From: Candidatus Kerfeldbacteria bacterium | GTDB lineage: Bacteria; Patescibacteriota; Patescibacteriia; SBBC01 | Direction of reading: 5' to 3' | NCBI GenBank assembly: GCA_016207275.1 | Contig: JACQPY010000018.1 | Span: 23,960 to 87,959, forward strand | DNA length: 64,000 bases | Position numbers and translations under genes: made by a program | Shown: positions 31,350 through 40,743 of the stretch, piece after piece | Position numbering within the stretch: position 1 is the stretch's first letter | Layout of the letters: the number at the start of each line of letters is the position of its first letter | Notes under the pieces: generated by a model | Told to the model about the DNA's origin: nothing | The model's database searches: none | Seen by the model: the letters and a program-made list of their open reading frames with translations, nothing else

Positions 31350-32315
31350 TTATATTTTTCTCGGCGTGAGGCTGCTTTCGAGACGTCCGTGGTTTCGCTC
31401 CGACCGTGCAGCGACCAGATGCGCCCCCCCCAGCACCAGTACTTCTACCACCATCATCGACACCCGGCTGACGGCGGCCACGGCCACGGCTTGCGGCGCA
31501 CCCATGAACGGTCCCAGTAACGCAATTAAGAAAGCTTCGCGTACCCCCAGTCCGCTCGGGGCCAAAAAACTGAGATAGCCCAGCAGCCAGCTGAGTAAAA
31601 ACACGCCGGCCAAAGCCACTAGCGACCCGGCTGAGACCACTCCCAACGCCTGCGCCACAAGCAACTGAAACGTCGCAAACATCAACCAGCTGACCGTCAT
31701 CGAAGCGAAGGCTGGCGCGCTGCTGCCGATTGCTGACGGTGCTGGCCGCCGCAGCACCCGGTGAAGCAGCTGGACTAACGTCTTCGCCACTGGTTTCAGG
31801 ATGACGACCAAACTAGCGACTGCCACCACCAACAGCGCGATCGTGCGTCCTGGCCACTGATACTGCGGATAGCCAGTCAACAGTACGGCCGACAAACCGA
31901 GGCAGCTTAAGACCAACAGCATTGCCTCGAGCACCATGCTGGTAAAAATGGTCGTCCGGCTGGCGCCGAGGCGTCCGGCCTGCGCCATCCGGCCGAGCAC
32001 CGACCAGACGTATCCGGGAATGTACCGCACTACCTCCGCTTTCATCCAGATGTTCCAGGCAGTCACCTGGTCGACTCGCACTCCCAACAAGACCAATAAC
32101 CGATTCCAGGTTGCCGCGCGCAACCAAAAGTAGGCCACGCCGGGAAGTAAGCTCACCACCGTCCACTCCCAGCGTATTCGAGAGATAACTGCGGCCACCG
32201 TCGGCCAGTCAGCTTCAACTCGCCGCCACAGAAAAATAAAAACAAGGACGACGACTCCCCATCGAAGAACTTGCCGGACCCAGCGCCTACCGGCCATTAC
32301 CGTGCTGGCGGTCAA
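31350..32315 (-). CDS. Lysylphosphatidylglycerol synthase TM / flippase-like membrane protein
   Basis: RYIPG, APSGLGVRE; multiple TM helices. Confidence 0.8.
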   Translation of the reverse strand: MTASTVMAGRRWVRQVLRWGVVVLVFIFLWRRVEADWPTVAAVISRIRWEWTVVSLLPGVAYFWLRAATWNRLLVLLGVRVDQVTAWNIWMKAEVVRYIPGYVWSVLGRMAQAGRLGASRTTIFTSMVLEAMLLVLSCLGLSAVLLTGYPQYQWPGRTIALLVVAVASLVVILKPVAKTLVQLLHRVLRRPAPSAIGSSAPAFASMTVSWLMFATFQLLVAQALGVVSAGSLVALAGVFLLSWLLGYLSFLAPSGLGVREAFLIALLGPFMGAPQAVAVAAVSRVSMMVVEVLVLGGAHLVAARSERNHGRLESSLTPRKI

Positions 32316-33228
32316 GCACCTGCTCGACCGGGTAACGTCGCGGCGCTGACCGGCTGGTGATCAACTCCGCCAACAGGCCAGTAAACAAAAACTGCAAACC
32401 GGTTAGCATCAAGAGGACGGCAAAGGTCAGTAATGGTCGCTGGCCGATGGACTGACCTTGCCACCAGATGATCGTCAGGTAGAGCGCGATCACGAAGCCG
32501 AGGCCGAAGCACCCCAATCCCAGGGTGCCGAACAAGTGGAGCGGTCGATTGGCGAACCGACCGAGAAAGGCTACCGTCATCAGATCAAGTGCCCCCCGCA
32601 CGAAGCGCTTCCAGCCGTACTTCGACTGTCCGTACTTGCGCTGGTGGTGTCCAACTGGTACCTCACCGATCCGGAACCCCTGAAGGAACGCTAAGATGGG
32701 CACGAAACGGTGAAATTCACCGTACAAATCAATGGCCGTCGCCACTTCCCGACGCATGACCTTGAGGCCGCTGTTCAAATCATTTAAGCGGACGCCGAAG
32801 AGGAGACGCGCCGCGCCGTTAAATACTTTTGAAGGAAAACGCTTAGTCCACGGGTCGTTCCGTTGTTGCTTCCAGCCGGTGACCAAATCAAAACGATCCA
32901 GCGCCTCAACTAATCGAGGAATCTCGCGCGGTTCATCTTGCAGATCAGCGTCAATCGTCACCACCAGCTCACCGCGGGCCCCTTGAAAACCTTGGCTCAG
33001 GGCGGCGGACTTGCCTAGGTTGCGTCGGAACTTGATGACCCGGACGCGTCGGTCAGCGGTGAACAGACGCTGCGCCACGGTAAAGGACTGATCAGTGCTG
33101 CCGTCGTCAATGAAAATAATTTCGAAGCTGCCGAGCGGTTCGAGCGCGGCCACCAGGCGCTGGTACAATTCGTCGAGGCTTTCGGCCTCGTTGAAAAACG
33201 GAATGACGACGGAAAAACGTGGGTTCAT
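32287..33228 (-). CDS. GT2 polyprenol-phosphate glycosyltransferase (ArnC-like)
   Basis: SVVIPFFNE, IDDGSTD, DADLQD, YGEFHRF; two C-terminal TMs. Confidence 0.92.
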   Translation of the reverse strand: MNPRFSVVIPFFNEAESLDELYQRLVAALEPLGSFEIIFIDDGSTDQSFTVAQRLFTADRRVRVIKFRRNLGKSAALSQGFQGARGELVVTIDADLQDEPREIPRLVEALDRFDLVTGWKQQRNDPWTKRFPSKVFNGAARLLFGVRLNDLNSGLKVMRREVATAIDLYGEFHRFVPILAFLQGFRIGEVPVGHHQRKYGQSKYGWKRFVRGALDLMTVAFLGRFANRPLHLFGTLGLGCFGLGFVIALYLTIIWWQGQSIGQRPLLTFAVLLMLTGLQFLFTGLLAELITSRSAPRRYPVEQVLDRQHGNGR

Positions 33229-33231
33229 GAC

Positions 33232-35049
33232 TTAGTCCTTGGCGGCTGAAATCAGCTCGAGCAGCACAAACCGGTCGCGCTCTAGTATAGCACGCCCCTG
33301 CCCAAACTGGTCGCGACTTGCCGTGGTTGTCAGCACGTATGGACCAGCAGCTGTTTCCGCCGTGACCTCACGAACCGCTACACCGGCGCGCCGTAGGTAA
33401 AAGTAACCCGCCGGCTGGGTCAGCAGCTTGACGCCAACCACATCCACCTGCCCGGCCTTGAGGTGATCGAGACGTCCAGCCAGTTCTTGTAACGGCGAGC
33501 TCGTGGGCAGGTGACGCAGGTATGAAATCTGCCAGCCAAGAGCTAAGGCCACGACGTAGATTGTACTAAGCGTAGTTACCGCTTTAAGCGGTCGTTCCCG
33601 CCACCGACGAAGCAACGCGACCACCAGCCACACGACCGCCGCCGTGGTCAGACCGACGACGACTCGGCCACCGCTCGATAGCGCCGCTGCGGGCAGGTAG
33701 GAGTACGGCGTTAGCTGCCAGAGGAGACCTTCGTGCGCCAGTCCAAGCGGCAATCCGTAGACGGCCGCAGCCAAGCTAACTAGGAATCCGCCGGTCAGGA
33801 GCCAATCTGGTCGCTTAACGAGCTCCCACACTGCCCGCGCCAGCAGCAGGACCAAGGCCGGATAGATTGGCAATACGTACCAGTCAAACTTGGTCTGGAT
33901 GACGGAAAAGAGACTAAACACCGCGGCCGCCCAGACCAACAGTAAACGGTCGAGTTCGTCTCGGGAACGCAGCCACCGTCGGGCGCCGAGCAACACTGCC
34001 AACGGAACAAACGCCACAACCGGAAACATTCGCCGCCCAATGATCTCGGCGTACCAGTACCACGGCACTTGGTTGGCGTACAGCGCTTCACCAGCCCGCT
34101 CGAGTATGTGAAAACCGAAGTAGCTTTGCCAAAACTCGCGGCCGTGCCGAACGAGCTCAAGCAGGTGCCATGGCAGCGTCACCACGACGGCGGCCAGCGC
34201 ACTCCAGCCGATCGTCCGCCAACCAACCGACCGCCAGCGCCGACCAAGAATCATATCAGTCGCCACGATGATGGCGGGAATGGCGCCGGCAAACGACTTT
34301 GTCATGACGGCTAAACCAGTCAGCAAGCCGAACCAAATAAACCACCATCTAATCCACTCTCCTCTCTGAGGAGAGGGTGGGTGAGGAGAGAGCGGTCCTC
34401 CCCCTGCCTGCACGCCCCGCCGTAGGCGAGGCTCCGCCGAATGGCGGGCCGAGGGAGGGGGAGTTAGAGGGGGTGGGAGTGCTACGCTTCGCCAATACGC
34501 ATACATCGCCGCTACAAAAAACAACATGAACAGTCCGTCGGTTTCGCCAGTCCGGAAGGCATGGAACAGTACATACCGACCAGTCACGAACAGCACTCCG
34601 GTCAGCACTGCCATGCGCGCATTGCCAAAGACCTGCCAGGCCCAATACGACAACAGCAAGGTCGTCGCCACGCCCGCCACCGCTGACCACAGACGAATGG
34701 CTAATTCGGTCTCGCCAAAAACAGTAAACAAAGCTGCCCGCATCCAGAACGACAGTGGTGGCTTAGCCGTGTACAGCTCATCGCGGTACGACAAGTCGAG
34801 CCAGGCGCCCTGACGGTACATTTCTAGCGTCACGTTGGCATGGATGCCCTCGTCCCAGTTTTCCAACGGCTTGTCACCCAGCCGCCAGAACAGGATGAAA
34901 GAAGAAACGATCGCGACTACCAACAACGCCACCACCAATCGCTGCCGTGCAGTAGTGTTGCTGTTCGCCAACGACAAAGCAGGCACCATCGCCCCCACCC
35001 TAGCAAACGACAAGCTCACCGTCCAGCAGTAAATCCCAATACCCACCAT
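33232..35049 (-). CDS. ArnT/GT39-like membrane glycosyltransferase with a repeat-derived insert (start uncertain)
   Basis: WDEG, KPPL, GLAVMTKS, YVLPIYP. Confidence 0.85.
   Translation of the reverse strand: MVGIGIYCWTVSLSFARVGAMVPALSLANSNTTARQRLVVALLVVAIVSSFILFWRLGDKPLENWDEGIHANVTLEMYRQGAWLDLSYRDELYTAKPPLSFWMRAALFTVFGETELAIRLWSAVAGVATTLLLSYWAWQVFGNARMAVLTGVLFVTGRYVLFHAFRTGETDGLFMLFFVAAMYAYWRSVALPPPLTPPPSARHSAEPRLRRGVQAGGGPLSPHPPSPQRGEWIRWWFIWFGLLTGLAVMTKSFAGAIPAIIVATDMILGRRWRSVGWRTIGWSALAAVVVTLPWHLLELVRHGREFWQSYFGFHILERAGEALYANQVPWYWYAEIIGRRMFPVVAFVPLAVLLGARRWLRSRDELDRLLLVWAAAVFSLFSVIQTKFDWYVLPIYPALVLLLARAVWELVKRPDWLLTGGFLVSLAAAVYGLPLGLAHEGLLWQLTPYSYLPAAALSSGGRVVVGLTTAAVVWLVVALLRRWRERPLKAVTTLSTIYVVALALGWQISYLRHLPTSSPLQELAGRLDHLKAGQVDVVGVKLLTQPAGYFYLRRAGVAVREVTAETAAGPYVLTTTASRDQFGQGRAILERDRFVLLELISAAKD
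34354..34480. repeat. Nested REPIN-like insert in frame in the ArnT-like gene
   Basis: ctctcctctctgaggagag...cctccccct...gagggaggggga..agagggggtggga; encodes LPPPLTPPPS...PHPPSPQRGEW. Confidence 0.75.
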
Positions 35050-35163
35050 TCGTGCTTCGCAACGCTTGATTCAAAACAAAAGGGCGTCGCCGAAGTTCAG
35101 GTGTTAGCTGAAACTTCGAACGACGCCCCAGCGAGCATCGCCGAGCATTGTGCTCGGCGTTAG

Positions 35164-36693
35164 TTAATGAGCAGTCGACTGCCGGCGGTGGTAAGCCCCC
35201 CACAATCCGAAGCAGACAGCCGCGCCCAGCACGATCCCGATCATGGCGGCCGGCATACCCAGCGCAGCCAGCAGCCCGCCGACGATCAGCGCGATGGCGA
35301 TTGCTCCGACCAGCGCCCACCACGAGCTGAACATGTGGGTGAACCCGCTGGCCACCAGCAGCACCACTGCGACCAGCAGGATCAGGCCGACCACCGTCTG
35401 CATTTCCTTGCGCATGCCGGCGTGTCTGACCTTGGTCCAGAAGTTGTGCCACTCGATGTTCGTCGCTTGGTACTGCGACGAACTGCCGCCTCCGTTGTCG
35501 GACTTGGAAAGCAGCGCCTCCTTCGCCTTGAGCGAATCTGCCTTCCAACGAGCCGTGTCGCGGACTGCCTGCACCCACAGCTGGTGATCGCGCTCGTACT
35601 GGGCCCGCCGGCGCATCTCCTCGATGCGCTGGGGGTTGTCGACACGGAGCGTGTCGCGGACCGGGTTGATGAAGCCGGCCTTGACCTCCTCGCCGTCCGA
35701 CACCCCGTTGTCGTCAGTATCGCGGTCACGCCAGTTGGTGTTGAACACTACACGTTCGTCGTAGTTGGTCAGACCGTCGTGATCGTAGTCGTGGCGGTAG
35801 ATATACGCCACTGCCCATGAGTAAACGGTGACCCCCACGATGACCAGGGTGGCCAGCCCCCGAAGGTGGACTTGGGTGATCGGCAACTCAAACTTCCGAC
35901 CCTTGCCAAATCCGAACGCCACCTTACGATTGCTGACCTGTCGGCGAAGAACATCATACTCCTTGGCCTCAAGAACGCTGTTTCCTTCGGCGTCCCTGTT
36001 GTTGCCGATGGTGGTATTCACTTCCCACAGGGCCAAGGCCGCCAACCCCTGTAGGGTAACGGTCAGCCACGGCAAGCCGGTGGCGTGGTGAAACGTGACG
36101 ATGCAGATGATCAGGGCCCAGGTGAAGTAGTGACCCTCGTTCATCAGCTTGTGAATCACTTCCCAAGCCGCCGCCGGCATGGCCACCTTCGCCGCCTCCA
36201 GGGCCTTCTTGATCGAAGCCCACTGTTTGCGGGGGTTGGGTGAGAAATCCAGCTCGCCGACCGCGCTGATGAGCCCGCTGGCCAGGATTGCATCCTGCAC
36301 GCGGGCCATCATGTACGACTTCTCGACGTGCTTCATCCAGAGTCCGAATGCGAAGAACACCAGCATTACCGGACCCCAGTCGAAGAACCAGTGAATGCCC
36401 AATGCCAGAAGCGTCAGGCCGACCCACTTAAACTCCATGAGGGCGTAGCCGATGGCGAGGGCTTCGACCAACAGATTGACTGAGCCCTCGGCCATGCGGA
36501 TGCCACCGATCCACGCGGCCCGCAGATACCGCAGCATCATCCGCTGCGCCCGCTCGTTGAAGAGCATGATGCCGACAACTGCAAACCATGGACTCCGCTT
36601 CATCGCCTTGCGCAGGACGCGCTTGGCGTCGCGGAGGAATGACTCGTTCTCGGCCTGCGTTTCCGGTCCAGGTTCCTGTGGATTCTCGTTCAC
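35164..36693 (-). CDS. Membrane protein with TSP3-like Ca-binding repeats
   Basis: Multiple TMs; DYDHDGLTNYDE..TN..DRDTDDNGVSDGEE; GGAGG SD. Confidence 0.65.
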   Translation of the reverse strand: MNENPQEPGPETQAENESFLRDAKRVLRKAMKRSPWFAVVGIMLFNERAQRMMLRYLRAAWIGGIRMAEGSVNLLVEALAIGYALMEFKWVGLTLLALGIHWFFDWGPVMLVFFAFGLWMKHVEKSYMMARVQDAILASGLISAVGELDFSPNPRKQWASIKKALEAAKVAMPAAAWEVIHKLMNEGHYFTWALIICIVTFHHATGLPWLTVTLQGLAALALWEVNTTIGNNRDAEGNSVLEAKEYDVLRRQVSNRKVAFGFGKGRKFELPITQVHLRGLATLVIVGVTVYSWAVAYIYRHDYDHDGLTNYDERVVFNTNWRDRDTDDNGVSDGEEVKAGFINPVRDTLRVDNPQRIEEMRRRAQYERDHQLWVQAVRDTARWKADSLKAKEALLSKSDNGGGSSSQYQATNIEWHNFWTKVRHAGMRKEMQTVVGLILLVAVVLLVASGFTHMFSSWWALVGAIAIALIVGGLLAALGMPAAMIGIVLGAAVCFGLWGAYHRRQSTAH

Positions 36694-37181
36694 GGCCTAC
36701 CCCTCCTTCTCAGTCGAGTCCCGAGCGACGCAGGCCACGCCCACGTCGACACGGGAACGTGTGCCTTCAGAAACCAGACGTGCGGCCGATTCCGATCTCG
36801 CCGACGACGCCGGTCTCCAGACAGCCCACGGAGTTGACCAACGTGTGAACTGACCGCATGAGGATACAGCCTCTCGGCGGTCCGGCTGATGATTCCCCGC
36901 GGCTTGACTGCATGCTTCCAGCCGACGACGATCAGGTTCTGAGCAGCCCGGAGGGCTTTGCCCGCTGTCACCCGACCGCGCTCGGCCTTGAACATACCGA
37001 GAACGAAGCCGACGATAATGCTCAGGGTGGCAAGGATGCCGACCTGCTCACCAGCTGTCGTCTTCGACTCCCCGGTTGGGGCCGACGGCGTGGCTGCTGC
37101 TGCCGCTTGGACACCTGCTCCTAGACTCGTCGTCTCCGGAGCTGGCGCCTCCTCCCGCTTCTTACCCTTACCGTTACTCAT
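36690..37181 (-). CDS. Hypothetical membrane protein
   Basis: AAAGGAGG SD; one TM; 4-nt overlap with the next gene. Confidence 0.55.
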   Translation of the reverse strand: MSNGKGKKREEAPAPETTSLGAGVQAAAAATPSAPTGESKTTAGEQVGILATLSIIVGFVLGMFKAERGRVTAGKALRAAQNLIVVGWKHAVKPRGIISRTAERLYPHAVSSHVGQLRGLSGDRRRRRDRNRPHVWFLKAHVPVSTWAWPASLGTRLRRRGRP

Positions 37182-37213
37182 GGCAATCCCTCCTTTTCAT
37201 CATTCGTCACGTT

Positions 37214-38011
37214 TCAGTCGAGGCGTGCGCTCTCAGCTTCGAGTGCTGTGTTCAGACGATCGAGCATCGGATCGACTGCTTCACCCATGCCCTGGAACAG
37301 GTCCTCCAACGGACCTTCCTTAGCCAGGGCGCGCAGCATCCGCACCCGCAACGGCCGAGGTTGATGCAGCAGGAGCCGGAGCGAATCGATGTCGCTCATC
37401 GTCCCCAGCATCTCCCGTACGACTTCTTGGTCGCGCGGCTCGAGCGTTGAGAACCACCACGCCACTTCGTGCTGCTCGGCCTCGCTGAGAAGACTGACTG
37501 TCTTGAAGAACGCAGCGGTTTCGTCTGGTTTGGCCTGGGCCCGCTTCCACGTGTCGAGGATGCGAGTCGGGAAACTACGAACGGCGCGGAGCAAACGTTG
37601 ACTGAACTGTTGGACGTTTGCGACCAACGTCTCCCGGATCAGCCCCTCGACGGTCTCACGATTGAGCTCGAGTGGCGTGAAGCCCTCGAAGTCGATCGGA
37701 TGCTCCTTGTTCCGTTCCGTGTAGTAACGCGTCACCGCCCGCGGAACCTGACCGAGAACCTCGGTCTTGGCCCGCTTGAAGGTTGGATTATCACGCACCC
37801 ACGGGATCCGATTGGTGGCGACATCGATGCCGGTGTTGACGGCAGCAGTGAGGAACTCGACCTTGGTTGGTTCCTTGATCGCGTTATAGGCCAGGGTCTT
37901 CCATAGGTCGGGTCTGGTTTCTTCGAGGGTGTCGAGGACCGGTCCGACGAGGATCAGTCGTGTTCCGAGATCCGCGAACCACTCTTTCGTTACTTCCAGA
38001 TGTTCTGGCAT
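37214..38011 (-). CDS. Hypothetical alpha-helical protein
   Basis: 265-aa ORF with an AAGGAG/GAGG SD region. Confidence 0.6.
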   Translation of the reverse strand: MPEHLEVTKEWFADLGTRLILVGPVLDTLEETRPDLWKTLAYNAIKEPTKVEFLTAAVNTGIDVATNRIPWVRDNPTFKRAKTEVLGQVPRAVTRYYTERNKEHPIDFEGFTPLELNRETVEGLIRETLVANVQQFSQRLLRAVRSFPTRILDTWKRAQAKPDETAAFFKTVSLLSEAEQHEVAWWFSTLEPRDQEVVREMLGTMSDIDSLRLLLHQPRPLRVRMLRALAKEGPLEDLFQGMGEAVDPMLDRLNTALEAESARLD

Positions 38012-38259
38012 TCCTCAACTCCTTGAGACTCAGGAACGCACGGTGCGTCCTGCGGTTAGGGTGTCGGGTATGTGTCCGTAGATTCTCTACTAACAGTGAT
38101 ATGACTTGGCTGACCAAAAACTGGCCAGCTAGAGTGTTTTTATCGAGCTATCTGCAATCGTTGCAACAGATGCAACGGGTCACCTTACTACATGTTACGG
38201 AAAATGTCAAGGGTTGGGTGGGGACGTTTAACTTTTGACATTTGACGTTTGACCATGCG

Positions 38260-38643
38260 CTATTCCAGCAGTCTTTTCCTAAATGCTGATAATTGATTTC
38301 CAAGTTCTGCCGCGCTCGACAGTACTTCATCGCGTTCTTGGTGGGTGAGGCAGCCACAATCAACAGCCACATCACAACAGGCAACAACTTCATTCAAAGA
38401 GGCTAGTGCATAATTAAGAAAGAGCGCAAAATCCTTGTCCGAACTTCGATTCGATCCTTCGGCAATGTTGAGGACGATTGAGTTTGCTGCCCGCAGCAAC
38501 TGCGCCGTAAGAATGTATCTCTCACCATCCGGAAATGATCGCGCGTAACGACGAACGTGACTGACAAATTGTCGTGCTAACTGGTAGACGGTGAATTTTC
38601 TAAATCGAAACTTTCTATCGATATCAAATACCATTCTGGTCAA
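38260..38643 (-). CDS. Four-helix-bundle (23S rRNA IVS-like) protein flanked by inverted heptamer repeats
   Basis: FP..ERY.LT.QL.RAA.SI.LNIAEGS.R..F..FL..A..SL.EV; flanks tttgacatttgacgtttgacc and ggtcaaatgtcaattgtcaaatg. Confidence 0.9.
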   Translation of the reverse strand: MTRMVFDIDRKFRFRKFTVYQLARQFVSHVRRYARSFPDGERYILTAQLLRAANSIVLNIAEGSNRSSDKDFALFLNYALASLNEVVACCDVAVDCGCLTHQERDEVLSSAAELGNQLSAFRKRLLE

Positions 38644-38646
38644 ATG

Positions 38647-39498
38647 TCAATTGTCAAATGTTATTTTTTGCCCGTCACTCGTCATCACCACGTCGCCGTC
38701 TTCATCCGTCCGTAACATTTTCGCCCCGCGCTTGTTGTACCGCCGCAGCACTACCGGGTGCGGATGGCCGTAGCGATTGTCCTGGCCCACGGAAATGACT
38801 GCCGCGGCAGGCTTGAGCGCATCTAAAAACTCCTCGCTCGACGACGAAATACTCCCGTGGTGCGGAACTTTCAAAACTTCGACGTCGGGCAACGTGCCGG
38901 TCAGCACCAGCCGCTGCTCAACGTCGGCACTGATGTCGCCGGTCAACAGCACGTCAGTCTCGCCGTACTGGACGTGCAGAACGACCGACGTGTCGTTGCG
39001 CAGTTTGGCATCGGCCGCGACCGCTGTTGGCGGCCACAGCACCTTCAGTGCAACCCCACCGACATCGAGCCGATAATTACCGATTGCTTCCAGGCGTTGC
39101 GCGCGCTGAGCGTCAATGGCGGCTTCCCAGGATCGATCGGCCAAGCTGTCGCTGCGGACCGCCGTTTCCAGAACGCGTTCGATCTTAAAGTGTTCAGCGA
39201 CGGCTGGTAAGCCACCGACGTGGTCTGCGTCAGGGTGGGTCAGGACCACGAGCTCCAGCGTCCGATCAGACGGCGGCAGGTACTCCGACAGTCGCTCAAC
39301 TACGCGTCCATCAGGACCACCATCAACCAGCACATCGCTGCCATCCGGTGTTTGCAGCAAAATGGCATCGCCCTGCCCAACGTCCAGCACCACCATTCGA
39401 AAAGCCGGGTCGGATCGCGGCCCGACCCACAGCGCCAGGGCCAGGGCGCAGGCCACCATCAGGAATGCTACCCGAATGACCAGGTTACGTTGCGACAT
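38647..39498 (-). CDS. ComEC C-terminal MBL-fold domain protein
   Basis: LDVGQGDA, THPDADHVGG, LTGD, KVPHHGS, YGHPH. Confidence 0.92.
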   Translation of the reverse strand: MSQRNLVIRVAFLMVACALALALWVGPRSDPAFRMVVLDVGQGDAILLQTPDGSDVLVDGGPDGRVVERLSEYLPPSDRTLELVVLTHPDADHVGGLPAVAEHFKIERVLETAVRSDSLADRSWEAAIDAQRAQRLEAIGNYRLDVGGVALKVLWPPTAVAADAKLRNDTSVVLHVQYGETDVLLTGDISADVEQRLVLTGTLPDVEVLKVPHHGSISSSSEEFLDALKPAAAVISVGQDNRYGHPHPVVLRRYNKRGAKMLRTDEDGDVVMTSDGQKITFDN

Positions 39499-40654
39499 GC
39501 CGCTTCCTCGTTATCGTGACGTACCAACCAATGGCCAGGGCATTGACGGATGCGGCCGCGGCGCTGGCCTGCCAACCGAGCTGAACCGCCGCGATCGGCA
39601 GTGCGGCGCCAAACGTCACCACCCAGACCATCGCCCGCAGCGGTAACCACGCCAGCCAGCCGACCAACACTGCCAGCCACGGCGCCAGAGCGGTCAGCAC
39701 CGCCACCGCAAAGCCGGTCAGCATGGCCGGCGGGATCAAAGGCAGTACCACGACGTTGACTAGGGGTGCTACCAGCGACACCTGCCCGAAGTACAGTAAA
39801 ATCAACGGCTGCGTAAACATGATGGCCGCCAGCGTCGAGGCTAGTGAGCTCCGCAAGCCAAAGACGGTTGACACGAAGGTTAACCGCTGTTCCAACGGTT
39901 CGGCCAGCAGCACCAAAGCGGCAGTCGCCACGACGGACAGCTGAAAGCTCAAGCTCGTGATGATGACTGGCTGGATCACAACCATGCTGGCCGCGCTCAG
40001 GACCAGCAGATGCCAACCGTCAGCCAGCCGACCACTGTACCGCGCCAGCACCACCAGCGATCCCATAATCCCAGCCCGGACAACCGAGGGCGACGCACCG
40101 GTGAGAATGACGAAGGCGGCCACGGCCAGAATCGTGACCAACAACTGCATGGCGCGACCCAACGGCATCGATCTGATGATGGCGGCCACCGCACTGACCA
40201 CGATGGTGACGTTGAAGCCTGAAACTGCCACGATGTGGCTGGTGCCCGTAGTCCGAAAGGCTTGGAGTAAGTTGCGCGGTAGGTCTTCGCGTCCGCCGAG
40301 CAGCAAGCCAGTCAGCAAGGCCGCCTCAGTCGGCGGCAGCGCCTGGTTAATCCCGTGTTCTAACCACGCACGGGTTGCGGTCAGGGCAGCGATAATTGGC
40401 TGCTCATCACTGACTCCCGCTGGCGCACCCAGCAGCCACCCCCGGAGCAATCCGAGACCAAACAGCAACGGCACAAACCACCAGCGCCACCGTGCGGCGA
40501 TGGCCGTGAGTGTTGCTCCGAACACCATCCCCATCGTCGGAACAACAAAACCACCGACCGCTGCGCCAGCGGCCAGCGCCATTGCTCCGACTTGAATCCG
40601 CGTTTTCCGTGGTAACAAAATTGGTGACCAGCGGCCACCGTTTGTCTGGATCAA
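39485..40654 (-). CDS. comEC: ComEC/Rec2 competence membrane domain
   Basis: GTSHIVAVSGFNV, SPSVVRAGIM, SFQLS. Confidence 0.9.
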   Translation of the reverse strand: MIQTNGGRWSPILLPRKTRIQVGAMALAAGAAVGGFVVPTMGMVFGATLTAIAARWRWWFVPLLFGLGLLRGWLLGAPAGVSDEQPIIAALTATRAWLEHGINQALPPTEAALLTGLLLGGREDLPRNLLQAFRTTGTSHIVAVSGFNVTIVVSAVAAIIRSMPLGRAMQLLVTILAVAAFVILTGASPSVVRAGIMGSLVVLARYSGRLADGWHLLVLSAASMVVIQPVIITSLSFQLSVVATAALVLLAEPLEQRLTFVSTVFGLRSSLASTLAAIMFTQPLILLYFGQVSLVAPLVNVVVLPLIPPAMLTGFAVAVLTALAPWLAVLVGWLAWLPLRAMVWVVTFGAALPIAAVQLGWQASAAAASVNALAIGWYVTITRKRHVAT

Positions 40655-40689
40655 CCATACACCGCCGGTGCACCGTCGTCAAGAATGAG

Positions 40690-40730
40690 AACCGCCCAAC
40701 ACCTTTCTCCGATTGGTGCTGGGCGGGTTG
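40690..40730 (-). terminator. Hairpin downstream of glmS
   Basis: aaccgcccaacacc...ggtgctgggcgggtt. Confidence 0.45.
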
Positions 40731-40743
40731 AAACGACGAGCGA

